Source: a virus
Lineage: Duplodnaviria; Caudoviricetes
Strand: one strand, 5' to 3'
Length of the DNA: 52,503 nucleotides
IMG/VR virus record: IMGVR_UViG_3300033417_000012
Span: 1-52,503 of that record
Positions within the stretch are counted from its first letter, which is position 1. Each line of letters starts with the position of its first letter. The notes below the pieces were generated by a model that made no database searches, was not told where the DNA came from, and saw only the letters and a list, made by a program, of their open reading frames with translations. Positions 1-8,929 of the stretch are shown here, one piece after another. Both the position numbers and the translations under genes were made by a program.

Positions 1-94
1 GGCACTTCAGGTTGCGGGTGGTGACGCAGGCATCTTGATGAACACGATTGAGATCGCCGGATCAACTGTGTCTTTGCTGGTCATCCCTGGTGCT
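1..94. repeat. Terminal overlap (assembly circularity), copy 1
   Basis: Identical to 52410-52503 except T78 vs A52487. Confidence 0.95.
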
Positions 95-694
95 GTGGCG
101 ATCGTAAACGACTCGCTTACCATCATCGCAACCCCCGAATCATTGGTGGCTATTGCGACAAGCTCTGTCGCCCTTGATGCTCTGGTGGTTGCGTCGTCCA
201 TCGAGGATATGTTGGCGATTGGTGGTGCGGTATCGGTTGTTCTATCTGGTGCGTCCCTATTAGCCTCTCCTGAGGATATGACTGTGGTTTCGGGGGGCGT
301 GATTGCACTTCTTGATGCGCTTGGTTTGAGCGCCTCACTGGAAGATCTGACATCGGTTCCTGGTGATGCGGTTGTGTCAGCGTCCAGCGCTGTGCTCGTG
401 GGGAGCGCTGAAGGGTTGACCCTGGTTCCTGGTGCGATCACGGTCGCTACAAGCTCCCTGTCTCTTGTGAGCGCACCGCAGTCTATCTCAGTAACCTTTG
501 CTGGTTTGCTTGTTACAAACTTGTCTCTGCTTGGGGATTGGAGTTACGATCATAGCCTGCAAGGGGACTGGAGTTACGATCATAGCCTGCAAGGGGACTG
601 GAGCGAGGATCATTCGCTTGACGGGGATTGGGGCGAGGATCATTCGCTTGACGGGGATTGGGGCGAAGATAAAGACTTGAGTGGGAGCGTGTGA
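2..694 (+). CDS. C-terminal part of the large fibre-like protein that starts at 49054 and crosses the junction
   Basis: Same reading frame as 49054-52503 through the overlap; 23-aa PGA-type repeats continue; stop at 692-694. Confidence 0.85.
   Translation, partial: ALQVAGGDAGILMNTIEIAGSTVSLLVIPGAVAIVNDSLTIIATPESLVAIATSSVALDALVVASSIEDMLAIGGAVSVVLSGASLLASPEDMTVVSGGVIALLDALGLSASLEDLTSVPGDAVVSASSAVLVGSAEGLTLVPGAITVATSSLSLVSAPQSISVTFAGLLVTNLSLLGDWSYDHSLQGDWSYDHSLQGDWSEDHSLDGDWGEDHSLDGDWGEDKDLSGSV
533..682 (+). repeat. Five ~30-bp in-frame tandem repeats (GDW[SG]xDHSLx)
   Basis: ggggattggagttacgatcatagcctgcaa-like units at 533, 563, 593, 623, 653. Confidence 0.9.
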
Positions 695-695
695 A

Positions 696-1049
696 ATGGC
701 GCTTGAAAACCAGGACGAAACCATACACCAGGGACAGGACGCCACCTTGACCTATGCAATCACGGAAGGAGGTTCACCGAAGGATCTGGCTGGAGCCACG
801 ATCACGTGGAAGCTGTTCGATGATCCATCCGACGACGACGGTGACGCGCTGATCTCGAAGACCGCGAGCATTGTGAATGTGAACGCTACGGGTGATGGGG
901 CGCGCGTTGCTCTTGAACCGGCCGACACACAGGGGTTTTCGTCGGGTCTGTATTGGTCCGAATTGTGGGCCATTGATGGTGCTTCAAACGAAGTTCCACT
1001 TGCCACAGGATGGATTACCATTAAGCTTAGTCCACAAGGACGCTCGTAA
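696..1049 (+). CDS. Virion-associated protein, BppU-like N-terminal domain
   Basis: QGQDATLTYAITEGGSPKDLAGATITW pattern; follows the fibre gene. Confidence 0.55.
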   Translation: MALENQDETIHQGQDATLTYAITEGGSPKDLAGATITWKLFDDPSDDDGDALISKTASIVNVNATGDGARVALEPADTQGFSSGLYWSELWAIDGASNEVPLATGWITIKLSPQGRS

Positions 1050-1051
1050 CC

Positions 1052-1080
1052 TTGCAAAGCCTACGGGGTTTTGCTATTGT
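1052..1080 (+). promoter_or_regulatory. Putative sigma70-like promoter TTGCAA-17-TATTGT
   Basis: Spacing and position upstream of AGGAGG and ATG 1103. Confidence 0.35.
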
Positions 1081-1102
1081 AAACCAAACATAAGGAGGAA
1101 TC

Positions 1103-1432
1103 ATGCTTCAAGAATTGGTTGTTCAGTTTGTCGCCCTCGCAGGGTTTGCGGCGCTGGTCGCGGTGGTCATCAATATCCTGAAAGCGCTTGGTATTGTTGG
1201 TGATGGTCAGGCGCCGAAATGGTCTCTGGCCTTCAACCTCGTTGGTTTTGCCCTGTTTGTTCTTCTTGGGCTTGTGGGTATCGACTTTTCCGCGTTTGAT
1301 CCGGTATTCGCTCAACTCGCATCGATCCTTACGGCGGTTCTTGGGATCATCGGTATGCTCGGTGTCAGTCGGGTCTCGCACGCTATCGTGCTGGGGATGC
1401 CTCTGATTGGCAAGACTCACAGCCCCAACTAA
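1103..1432 (+). CDS. Holin-like membrane protein (about 3 TM segments)
   Basis: Strong RBS, hydrophobic helices, last gene of late arm. Confidence 0.6.
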   Translation: MLQELVVQFVALAGFAALVAVVINILKALGIVGDGQAPKWSLAFNLVGFALFVLLGLVGIDFSAFDPVFAQLASILTAVLGIIGMLGVSRVSHAIVLGMPLIGKTHSPN

Positions 1433-1459
1433 GCATTCTCCTCCTTGGTCCAGGGGCAC

Positions 1460-1490
1460 AAAAAAAGCCTCCCCTTTTGGGGAGGCTTTT
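1460..1490. terminator. Bidirectional intrinsic terminator
   Basis: aaaaaaagcctcccc-tttt-ggggaggctttt between convergent arms. Confidence 0.9.
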
Positions 1491-1497
1491 CGCTTTG

Positions 1498-2688
1498 TTA
1501 GTGGTTCAGGATCATTGGTAAGAACAATTGATAGAACGACGTCCACGCCAGGGGTCCCTGGGTGTGCATCCCGTGAGCGTCCCATAGAACCATCGGAGCA
1601 TCTATCGTTGAGATCGAAGCTGGTCCAGGCGGCACAGGGTCAACCCATATCCTATCGATCATCACGGGGTCAGCCACTGCGTTCGATAGCGCGTAGAAAA
1701 GTATCGTGAAGGACGACCCCTCCTCCCATATCACGGGTGAGCCATGCATCGTGATCGTGAAACTATCAGACGGTGCAGGATAGGGCAGCAATTCCAGATC
1801 ACCTTCACCAACACCATCGGCCTCGCCGGTTAGCAACGTCGGTGGTCCACTCAAACCCAACCAGCAGCTTGTCCCAAGGGACACCTGAAGGCACAAGCTA
1901 TCTGGATCTGTAACGACAAGATCTATGCCAAGCTGAACGGTTGCTCCTATAAGGTTGTCGCTCATAAGATCAAAGCCGAACGTTCGAGAGGAAAATCCTG
2001 TGCCCCCACCCTGGAACCGGGCTTCGTATCCTGAAGGGTGAAGTGTGCTGTCGTGGTTGTCACGGGGATCCGATCTGCCACGCCCTATCGATCCGGTTGG
2101 TTCATCTGGAATCAGCGGCGGGAATGTAACGGGGATCAGTCTCCATGTGCCGTCGTGTTGGAGGCGTTCAATAAGCACCGTTGCCCTTGTTATTCCCCAT
2201 GCGACTATGGCTTCATCCGTCGTTGAGAAATCCCAAGTCCACCGCCACACGTTGTCCCTGTAAGGACAGTTTTCCGGTATCCCCGACGCTCCACCACTAC
2301 AAGGCCAGATGTCATAAGCGGTGTAGGTGAGCGGCTTCGTCGAAAGACTAATTGGTTGGTTAACCCAGGTCCAGCCCTCGACGTGCATCAGGTGGAGTCT
2401 GTCGCTTGTGTTCTCCAGGGTGCAGCTTGCCCAGTGGTTGCTTAGTGCATAAACACGCAGGGCTGGAGGCCCTCCTATGTATTCGTAAACTCCGGTTTGA
2501 ACCTCTTGGATGCAGCTGACGCCATTGATCGTGTCCTCCCGCCCCCATGTGACGGGAGGAATCAGGATCTCTGCATCATCAGGTGGAACAGGTGGTGGCA
2601 AGTGCGCCTCTGCTGGTCTGGTGGTTAAATAAAAAATAACCCCCGCCAGCATGGTTGATGCAACAAGAAATGCGACGATCCTTTTCAT
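1498..2688 (-). CDS. Secreted/surface protein with signal peptide and C-terminal YxLFLPMI motif
   Basis: MKRIVAFLVAS...PAEA signal; C-terminus FYQLFLPMILNH. Confidence 0.75.
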   Translation of the reverse strand: MKRIVAFLVASTMLAGVIFYLTTRPAEAHLPPPVPPDDAEILIPPVTWGREDTINGVSCIQEVQTGVYEYIGGPPALRVYALSNHWASCTLENTSDRLHLMHVEGWTWVNQPISLSTKPLTYTAYDIWPCSGGASGIPENCPYRDNVWRWTWDFSTTDEAIVAWGITRATVLIERLQHDGTWRLIPVTFPPLIPDEPTGSIGRGRSDPRDNHDSTLHPSGYEARFQGGGTGFSSRTFGFDLMSDNLIGATVQLGIDLVVTDPDSLCLQVSLGTSCWLGLSGPPTLLTGEADGVGEGDLELLPYPAPSDSFTITMHGSPVIWEEGSSFTILFYALSNAVADPVMIDRIWVDPVPPGPASISTIDAPMVLWDAHGMHTQGPLAWTSFYQLFLPMILNH

Positions 2689-2891
2689 TTCTCCTCCCTC
2701 AAGAACGATATGGCGGTTTGGTAGTGGGATCGGGTGACTCGGACAGCGAGCCCCTGATCCAGAAGCCTCATGGTCTCTCCTTCCTCAAGATCGTCAACCT
2801 GCCTGAGAACCGCGGGGATGCAATATGCGATTTCGTTCCAGGGTATTTGTGTTACGTTGTCAACGATCAGCCTTCGCGTGTTAGTGTTCAT
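2685..2891 (-). CDS. Hypothetical protein
   Basis: Overlapping start/stop in operon, AGGAGG upstream. Confidence 0.6.
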   Translation of the reverse strand: MNTNTRRLIVDNVTQIPWNEIAYCIPAVLRQVDDLEEGETMRLLDQGLAVRVTRSHYQTAISFLREEK

Positions 2892-3228
2892 CGTCGGCCT
2901 CCTGGATGGCTTTATCATGCCAGTATTTCGCTTTAGCAAACAAAACTTGCTTGTCTGCTTTCAAGTGTTCGTTTTCCTCCCGCAGCCGCTCGACATCGCT
3001 CGCCAAATCGTTGTTCGCTCTAGCCAAGGATTCCAAGTCAATCAGGCATTCGCGACGCTCGTCCCCTATCCACTCCCTAACTTCGTCTTCGGTGGGCGCT
3101 TTCTCCGCGATCAACTCCAAAGCCCAACCTACGCGCTCGTCAGGTCCATCCCCAATGCGCTCCGGTGGTTCCGGCAATCGCATCAGCGCCTCGTGCATTT
3201 CCTTGCAGTACGGGCAGTTCGGGTCCAT
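2881..3228 (-). CDS. Hypothetical CxxC/coiled-coil protein
   Basis: MDPNCPYCKE start with GGAGGAG RBS. Confidence 0.65.
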   Translation of the reverse strand: MDPNCPYCKEMHEALMRLPEPPERIGDGPDERVGWALELIAEKAPTEDEVREWIGDERRECLIDLESLARANNDLASDVERLREENEHLKADKQVLFAKAKYWHDKAIQEADDEH

Positions 3229-3341
3229 AAGGCTCCTCCGTAGAATCAACAACCCTGGTCTCGAGCCACACTGCCCCGAAGACCAGGGTCGCAATCAGGA
3301 TCGCTGCAAGCAGCAAAATCAGGTAATCGGTCCAGGTGTTT

Positions 3342-3590
3342 TCAAGTATCCACCTCATCGCTGTCATCCTCCAGGTATTCCAGCACGAGCGGGTGATCGG
3401 GCCAGACGTCGCAGGCTTTTTCCATCATGCTACCGAAAACCTCCAGCATGTGTTCGGGGGACACAAAGATCATGCCAATGCTTTGCGGTCCGATTCCAAT
3501 GTGGCTCGTGTCGATGATCGCCTTCACATGATCCGCGTGCGCCTCGAATGTCATTTGTGAATTTCCTGCGAAGAACGGTGCTCTAGCCAT
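3342..3590 (-). CDS. Hypothetical protein
   Basis: AGGAGG RBS, operon context. Confidence 0.65.
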   Translation of the reverse strand: MARAPFFAGNSQMTFEAHADHVKAIIDTSHIGIGPQSIGMIFVSPEHMLEVFGSMMEKACDVWPDHPLVLEYLEDDSDEVDT

Positions 3591-3598
3591 GCTGCCTC

Positions 3599-4303
3599 CT
3601 ATATGTTGGTTGGGGGCCAGTGTTGAACAGGCTCCCTCCAGTAATCTCGATAATTTCCGAGCGGTACGGATTTACAGGCGGTTGGGATCGAGCAATTGAT
3701 GATCGAGACACCTTGTTCGTTTGCCCACTCCACGAAACTTCCCGCCTCAATGCACCAAGATTTCATCCACAAGCCCTCTTGATCGTCATAGTAGTGAGGA
3801 ATATGACTCCTTCCTCCTGATCGAAGGTCGTCTTTCGATGCCGGTTTTTTTGCATGGGTGCAATCGAATCCGACCCAAAGTATGCGCTTTGCCCCCATGT
3901 AGATCGCAAGGTGCGAAGCAAACAGAATCGATGTCCCATAGCGTACGCCTTGCTGCTCTCCACGCGCCCATGACATCTTAGGGATCTTTACATCGAACAC
4001 CAAGGGGATCACCGTTCCGTCATCGGACAACCAGCCCTCGCTCTTAGCTTTCTCGTATCCCCAGGGTGACACAAACTTGGGTATGCCTTGCAGGATGTCC
4101 AGGGTCATGTTCTCCATACAAGGCGGGTCCAGCGCGCACCAGTAGCTCGGTCGTAGCCATGGCGTCCAGTGGTGAAAGTAATTGATCGTGAAGTTTGGGT
4201 ACGCTTCGAGAAAGGCGAAGGGAATGTTCTTGAGTCCTGGCCCGTTACCCGCTATCACGACTGTCTGACCCGCCAGGGTCGACTCGAATTCCTGTAGATT
4301 CAT
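3599..4303 (-). CDS. MptE-like/DUF115 (sialyltransferase-like) putative glycosyltransferase
   Basis: VIAGNGPGL, N...D, AIYMGAKRILWVGFD, INCS motifs. Confidence 0.7.
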   Translation of the reverse strand: MNLQEFESTLAGQTVVIAGNGPGLKNIPFAFLEAYPNFTINYFHHWTPWLRPSYWCALDPPCMENMTLDILQGIPKFVSPWGYEKAKSEGWLSDDGTVIPLVFDVKIPKMSWARGEQQGVRYGTSILFASHLAIYMGAKRILWVGFDCTHAKKPASKDDLRSGGRSHIPHYYDDQEGLWMKSWCIEAGSFVEWANEQGVSIINCSIPTACKSVPLGNYRDYWREPVQHWPPTNI

Positions 4304-4443
4304 ATCCTCTTATCGCCTCTCTCACTTGTCCCATGCTCCAGAATGCGCCGCACCTGCGACACCGGAAACCTGAGACAACAAAAGCAAGATGCTTTTCCGT
4401 GAACTCGCCCTTTAACTCAGGAATCATCGCTTGGTCGGGGTGA

Positions 4444-4710
4444 TTACAGATCAGCTTTGCCATTTTCACTGTCCTTGCTCTCAACCTCGATCTGCACGAA
4501 CAGATTGGGGATGAAGATTGTTTTGCCGACCGCAAATCCGAACTCCACCTGAAACATTTTTATGCCGTCCTTGGTGAGGAATACTTTGATCGTGTCTTCG
4601 GTGGCCCTCAGAATTTGCAGACCGTTGCACTCAACCTCGCTGCCCAACATCCCCTTATCGAGCAAGTCTTGTGACACTTCAGTCAGAGTCATTCTTGGTG
4701 TTTCGCTCAT
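4444..4710 (-). CDS. Hypothetical protein
   Basis: Operon context, AAGGGAG RBS. Confidence 0.6.
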   Translation of the reverse strand: MSETPRMTLTEVSQDLLDKGMLGSEVECNGLQILRATEDTIKVFLTKDGIKMFQVEFGFAVGKTIFIPNLFVQIEVESKDSENGKADL

Positions 4711-4878
4711 TCAATATGCTCCCTTCGAGTTCAGGGTGCGCTCGCAGTTTTTACAAAACCGCAAGCCCAAACCCTTAAGATAATCCCTGTCATATTCGTA
4801 ATGCAGGTTCAGCGGTCTGGTTCTGCCGCACTCGGTTTTCTCATTGTCGCGCATTGGATGCGCGCACACGCCGTTCAT
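4711..4878 (-). CDS. Small Cys/His zinc-binding protein
   Basis: H...CG...CKNC; ATGA coupling with upstream gene. Confidence 0.5.
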   Translation of the reverse strand: MNGVCAHPMRDNEKTECGRTRPLNLHYEYDRDYLKGLGLRFCKNCERTLNSKGAY

Positions 4879-5279
4879 GTATGCGATGAATGGTCCCCGA
4901 TGGTAATGCGCGACGTTTTCAGGGGCAGACTGTTGTTCCATGATTGCATGTGCTCCAGTCCGTAGATGCGGATCATGCGCTTCAAGAACCATTCTCGAAA
5001 CGCGGTACTGTGCCCGTACTTGTGGTGAAACGTGCTGCACACCAGCGAGCAGTTTTCGGGGCAATAAAACTTCAGTTGGTCATCGAAGTCCAGCTTTTCG
5101 AAACGCCTGCGCGGGTACAGGACCTCATTCAAGTCGATTTTGCCCGCGCAGTAATGATCGTGCATGTGAGTCATTTCGCACGGAACGTTATCCTTCCCTG
5201 CGCGCCTTCTATCGTGCAGCAAATACATGGCAACGTCAAAGCGATGGTTGGAAAGAATCTCCCGCAGTTCGGAATTCAT
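4875..5279 (-). CDS. Degenerate HNH-like nuclease-fold protein
   Basis: PCE...C...ENCSLVCSTFHHKYGH pattern. Confidence 0.45.
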   Translation of the reverse strand: MNSELREILSNHRFDVAMYLLHDRRRAGKDNVPCEMTHMHDHYCAGKIDLNEVLYPRRRFEKLDFDDQLKFYCPENCSLVCSTFHHKYGHSTAFREWFLKRMIRIYGLEHMQSWNNSLPLKTSRITIGDHSSHT

Positions 5280-5740
5280 TTGCCGGTTTCCTCGATCCTG
5301 CATAGGGGGTTGCAATAAATCTGGTTCCAGTTGATTTTGAAGAACGGCTCACCACAGTGCGGACAGATCTCAGACTCGCCGCGCAGGATCGATCCATCAT
5401 CAACGGTCCCTGGAAAAACATACACAGTTACGGGAACCATCGCCCCCTTTATTGGGTGTCCGCTCTGCTTCTGGTCCCAAACTGCATAGAGCGCCTTGTA
5501 AAGCAATCCGTCTGGAGATATTTCACACCAGCCACTTGCCGCGTTTTCGATGTAGCTTTGGTGAAACGATAGACGATTCACACGCTTTGCAAGCGCATCT
5601 GCAACCCTGCGTTTTGTGCGCGCTGTCGGGTTGCTTCCTAGAAGGTCGTGGAGTGTTTTCACGGGGTCAAACGGGGAGCGCTTAGAATCGCTCTCGTAGC
5701 CTCCTGGGGTGGTTTCTTGTTTTGTGGTTGTATCAGTCAT
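5276..5740 (-). CDS. Hypothetical protein with C-terminal zinc finger
   Basis: CPHCG...YCNPLCR. Confidence 0.65.
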   Translation of the reverse strand: MTDTTTKQETTPGGYESDSKRSPFDPVKTLHDLLGSNPTARTKRRVADALAKRVNRLSFHQSYIENAASGWCEISPDGLLYKALYAVWDQKQSGHPIKGAMVPVTVYVFPGTVDDGSILRGESEICPHCGEPFFKINWNQIYCNPLCRIEETGK

Positions 5741-5770
5741 GTTAGCGCTCGATTCGTCTATTAGGTCCTA

Positions 5771-6115
5771 TTAGGGGTCGTCCTGGTCGTCCTGATCGTG
5801 CTCGCGCTTGATGTAGTCCACAAAAAGCCTCATCCAGCTGATAGCGGTCCCGTCGTCGAGTTGCTTGAATGTGATTCGAAACACGGTCCAGCCAAGCAAT
5901 TCCGCAAGGTTGTATTTGTCCACGTCGGAGTGATAGCGGTTCCACCTGGAGTGTCCTTTGCCCTCATACTCGATGCAGATCAAGAGGTCGGGCCACGCGA
6001 AGTCCATACTGAAATCGCGCGTCGGGTGAAAATGGTGCTCCCTTGTCCAAGGTGGCGCGATCATGCCCGCGAGAACATTGTCGATCCAAAGCTCGCCTTT
6101 GCTAATCTTTGCCAC
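5771..6115 (-). CDS. PD-(D/E)xK endonuclease (DUF559/Vsr-like)
   Basis: REHHFHPTR..DFAWP...IEYEG..H...D..K motifs. Confidence 0.75.
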   Translation of the reverse strand: MAKISKGELWIDNVLAGMIAPPWTREHHFHPTRDFSMDFAWPDLLICIEYEGKGHSRWNRYHSDVDKYNLAELLGWTVFRITFKQLDDGTAISWMRLFVDYIKREHDQDDQDDP

Positions 6116-6794
6116 TTGTCCTCCGGTTTACTCCCTCGATCCCCTGTTCGATCATCTTCAAGCCGCGTTGGATCATCGCTCTTTCGGGCCAGTCGGGGAT
6201 TTTCTGGAATACCTGCACGGCGCTGTTGTAGCGCTCCGTTAACATTTCAAGCATGATCTTCTCGAACGGTTTCCTGGTCTGGTTCTGAGACTTTTCAATG
6301 ATCTCGCGCTCGACCCTGGTGTATTCGTCGAGGTCTTCCACGGTCCAGTCTTGCCTTACGCACTTCGAGAGAAGATGCCGGCGGCGATCAGGTTGAAGTT
6401 TTGCGATCACGCTGTGGTGAGAAAAGGACGGGGGCCACATGCGCTCCTGGTACGCGTACTGATTGCAAACCCATGCGTAGTTTTGGATCGTCTTGATTCG
6501 AACGTTGCGAGCGGTGAAAACCTGTGTTGGATCCTGGTCCTTCTTGAACGCCATCAGTCCAAATCGATAAGCGTCCCCGATAGACCACTGCGACGCGTTG
6601 TGATGAGTAATCAGGGCGTTCACGTCGTCGTCATAGGTCTGCCAATCGATGCTGCGCGTTGTTATCCACAGTCCTACGGGAGTGACCCTTGCCCAACTGA
6701 AGCTGAAAAGCTCCTGTGTTGCAACCTGATAGTGCTCGTCTGTATCCCAGGGCAGAGCCGGTGCTTCCAGTCTTACGTTTAGTTCTGCCACCAC
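6102..6794 (-). CDS. Putative DNA-binding protein (LmbU-like)
   Basis: QWSIGD...SFSHH...WTV motifs. Confidence 0.55.
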   Translation of the reverse strand: MVAELNVRLEAPALPWDTDEHYQVATQELFSFSWARVTPVGLWITTRSIDWQTYDDDVNALITHHNASQWSIGDAYRFGLMAFKKDQDPTQVFTARNVRIKTIQNYAWVCNQYAYQERMWPPSFSHHSVIAKLQPDRRRHLLSKCVRQDWTVEDLDEYTRVEREIIEKSQNQTRKPFEKIMLEMLTERYNSAVQVFQKIPDWPERAMIQRGLKMIEQGIEGVNRRTSGKD

Positions 6795-7153
6795 AATTCT
6801 CCTTGTCTGTCTTGAGGCGCTTCAACCTCAGGGTTGTAAGGTTCTTCTTCCTTGTCGATGTCAAACTCCCCCTGTTCGTCGGGCTTGCACACGGGACACG
6901 GGAGTCGAAACAGTTTCCCCTTGACTGTTCGTAGATTGCCGTGGGCGTCCGACATGGTTATTGAGCGAATGTGATCGATTTCGAGGGACAAGACCTTTAC
7001 CGCAAAGAGCGAGCCTGTCAGATCCTTGCAGTTGTGGCAGGTCCCTTTTCCGTAGCCATCTCCAGCCACGGGATAGACCTTGCCTTCCTCCAGCTGGTCC
7101 ACGCGCTCATAATCGTGAACATCAATCGGGTAGCGCACTCCGGTCTCCTCCAT
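6779..7153 (-). CDS. Zinc-binding hypothetical protein
   Basis: CHNC...CPVC. Confidence 0.6.
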   Translation of the reverse strand: MEETGVRYPIDVHDYERVDQLEEGKVYPVAGDGYGKGTCHNCKDLTGSLFAVKVLSLEIDHIRSITMSDAHGNLRTVKGKLFRLPCPVCKPDEQGEFDIDKEEEPYNPEVEAPQDRQGELWWQN

Positions 7154-7676
7154 TGGTGATCCTCCTGTTGCTGCCTGCGTTCAGCTTCTTCGATAACGCG
7201 GCGATTAGCTTGGGCGGCGCGGTCGCCTTTTCTTCCCTATATCGGGAAGCTCGCGCTGTGTAATGATCTATGAATCTTGCCCGATCTGCAACGGTCATAG
7301 ATCCTTGTGCGATGTGCCTCCAACCGCCTATATCTTTGACGCACTGCATGATGATCGGGTGCAGCTTTGCTTCTGCTCGAATGATCGCGTCACCAGCGCC
7401 GTATGATATAGCGGACAGAACCATTCCCCACGCCTCATAGGGGTCGGGCAATCGCTTGACCTCGATGTGAAACTCCGACGCCGCCTCTCGCAGCGCATGG
7501 ATCGTGGGGAAAAATTCGCTTCTTGAGATAGCAAGTCCAGCAGCAGCGGAGAAAACTTCTGCCGGTAAGTCGTTGAGCATGGTGTAGTAAACATCCCAGG
7601 TCTGATCGGGGATTTCCTTGTGAGGGTAAGCGGAAGCCATAAAAGCAAAGGTTTTTGCAAACTCCTCCGGTGTCAT
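7122..7676 (-). CDS. Replicative helicase loader/inhibitor (SPP1 G39P-like)
   Basis: AYP...WDVYYTMLNDLP...FFPTI; follows initiator. Confidence 0.7.
   Translation of the reverse strand: MTPEEFAKTFAFMASAYPHKEIPDQTWDVYYTMLNDLPAEVFSAAAGLAISRSEFFPTIHALREAASEFHIEVKRLPDPYEAWGMVLSAISYGAGDAIIRAEAKLHPIIMQCVKDIGGWRHIAQGSMTVADRARFIDHYTARASRYREEKATAPPKLIAALSKKLNAGSNRRITNGGDRSALPD
7233..7248 (-). promoter_or_regulatory. 16-bp palindromic site TTCCCGATATAGGGAA (copy 1)
   Basis: Also at 15123, 18603 and (15/16) 43275. Confidence 0.7.
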
Positions 7677-7780
7677 CAGAGCACCCCGTTCAATAGCAGG
7701 CACATCACGTATAGCCATGCGCTAAACATGATGAACCCAACCATTTGTGCCGCTGTCCAACGCATAGGATCCTTGTTCAT
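7676..7780 (-). CDS. 34-aa membrane peptide (not in ORF track)
   Basis: MNKDPMRWTAAQMVGFIMFSAWLYVMCLLLNGVL; overlaps both neighbours' start/stop. Confidence 0.5.
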   Translation of the reverse strand: MNKDPMRWTAAQMVGFIMFSAWLYVMCLLLNGVL

Positions 7781-8628
7781 GGCCTCTCCTCTTGCATGTG
7801 TCGCTTGAGAAATTCCCTTCCCCCCTGGAAGCCCTTGGGTTCACCGGACCTTCTCAGCGTGCCGCGCTTCGCTTTTGCAGCGATAGACTTCGCGACTTCC
7901 AGAATCGATTGAGGCGCAGAAATTGTCAGACCCTCGCGGTCCATCTGATCTACGGCCATGTCGATCAGCATTTTTGTTTCTGGAATGTCCCATTCGCAAA
8001 CATCAAGTAGCTCTCTTATGGGTTGCCACCAGCGCACTGCTGCGGCGCGTCTCTCCTTTGCTGTTCCTGCTTTGGGGGGGGCGAGCTTATGGGGAAAACA
8101 GAAATGCTCCTCGATGACCTTGCGAATTTTGTCTTCTTCGTTTTTGCTGCGAGCCCCGTTTTCCGAGCCGTGCGAGGAAGTGATCTTTTCAGTCTTTGGT
8201 GATTCAGTCTTTGGTGATTCAGTCTTTAATACATCCCGCGGTTTTCCAGACCTGGATGATCCAGCCGTGGATAATCGCGGTATGGAGCCATCGTCTTCAC
8301 CATACCGCGATTTTTGCGGTGTGGTTTCAGGCTCTTTCATGGGTCGTTCGTGCACCGTTTTTTCCCATCGATAGGTTCCATCTTCCGTGCGGTACTTGGT
8401 GCGGGTGATGTATCCGTGCTCCTCCAGGGTTTTCAGAATTCGCAATACTTTGTATTCGCCTGCGCTGGTCTGGTTTATGAGGTCGTTCGTGTTCAGGGTC
8501 CAATCGTCGGGTTTGCTCAATAGATACGCCATCGCACCCCTGCATTCCCAATCGAGGTTTTTGTCGTTGATGGATGTGTTGTCGATGATCGAGAAGTTGC
8601 CGGTTTTCTTTACTCTGATAATGCTCAT
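7777..8628 (-). CDS. Replication initiator / replisome organiser (winged HTH)
   Basis: NFSIIDN...L...RGAMAYLLSKPDDW...LEEHGYI; strong RBS. Confidence 0.8.
   Translation of the reverse strand: MSIIRVKKTGNFSIIDNTSINDKNLDWECRGAMAYLLSKPDDWTLNTNDLINQTSAGEYKVLRILKTLEEHGYITRTKYRTEDGTYRWEKTVHERPMKEPETTPQKSRYGEDDGSIPRLSTAGSSRSGKPRDVLKTESPKTESPKTEKITSSHGSENGARSKNEEDKIRKVIEEHFCFPHKLAPPKAGTAKERRAAAVRWWQPIRELLDVCEWDIPETKMLIDMAVDQMDREGLTISAPQSILEVAKSIAAKAKRGTLRRSGEPKGFQGGREFLKRHMQEERP
8179..8227. repeat. 15-bp tandem repeats inside initiator gene (possible iterons)
   Basis: tcagtctttggtgat x2 plus tcagtcttt. Confidence 0.6.
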
Positions 8629-8646
8629 GTGTCCTCCTAATGCAAA

Positions 8647-8746
8647 GCTGCCTTTCCGGTAACTTGTAGCTGTCGCGTTCCCCTCTGGAGAAGGGGAGCT
8701 ACAAGCTACCGAAAAGGCAGCGCTCTCCAGATTTCCGGTCGCGACA
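8647..8746 (-). ncRNA. c4/CI-like structured RNA with upstream complementary boxes, 5' of initiator
   Basis: ~25-bp stem 8647-8671/8697-8721; loop UCUCCAG and segment CGCGACA complementary to boxes at 8724-8730 and 8740-8746. Confidence 0.65.
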
Positions 8747-8929
8747 ACCGTTAGGTTTCTAGGATTTTATTGTACCTTGACTTTTTCCGTTTGCGCTCGA
8801 TCCGTTGTCCTTCTTTGCGGATTGCTTCTTCTGTGAGGGCAAGCGCGTTGTGACGCGTAATGGTTGTTCTACCCCAACTGTGGCGAAGCAAGCGCACCTT
8901 TGTTGCGGTCCACATGATGTCCCTTTCTC

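Noticed and set aside
533-682. 30-bp repeats as a CRISPR array
   Set aside because: Units are contiguous with no spacers and are in-frame coding repeats.
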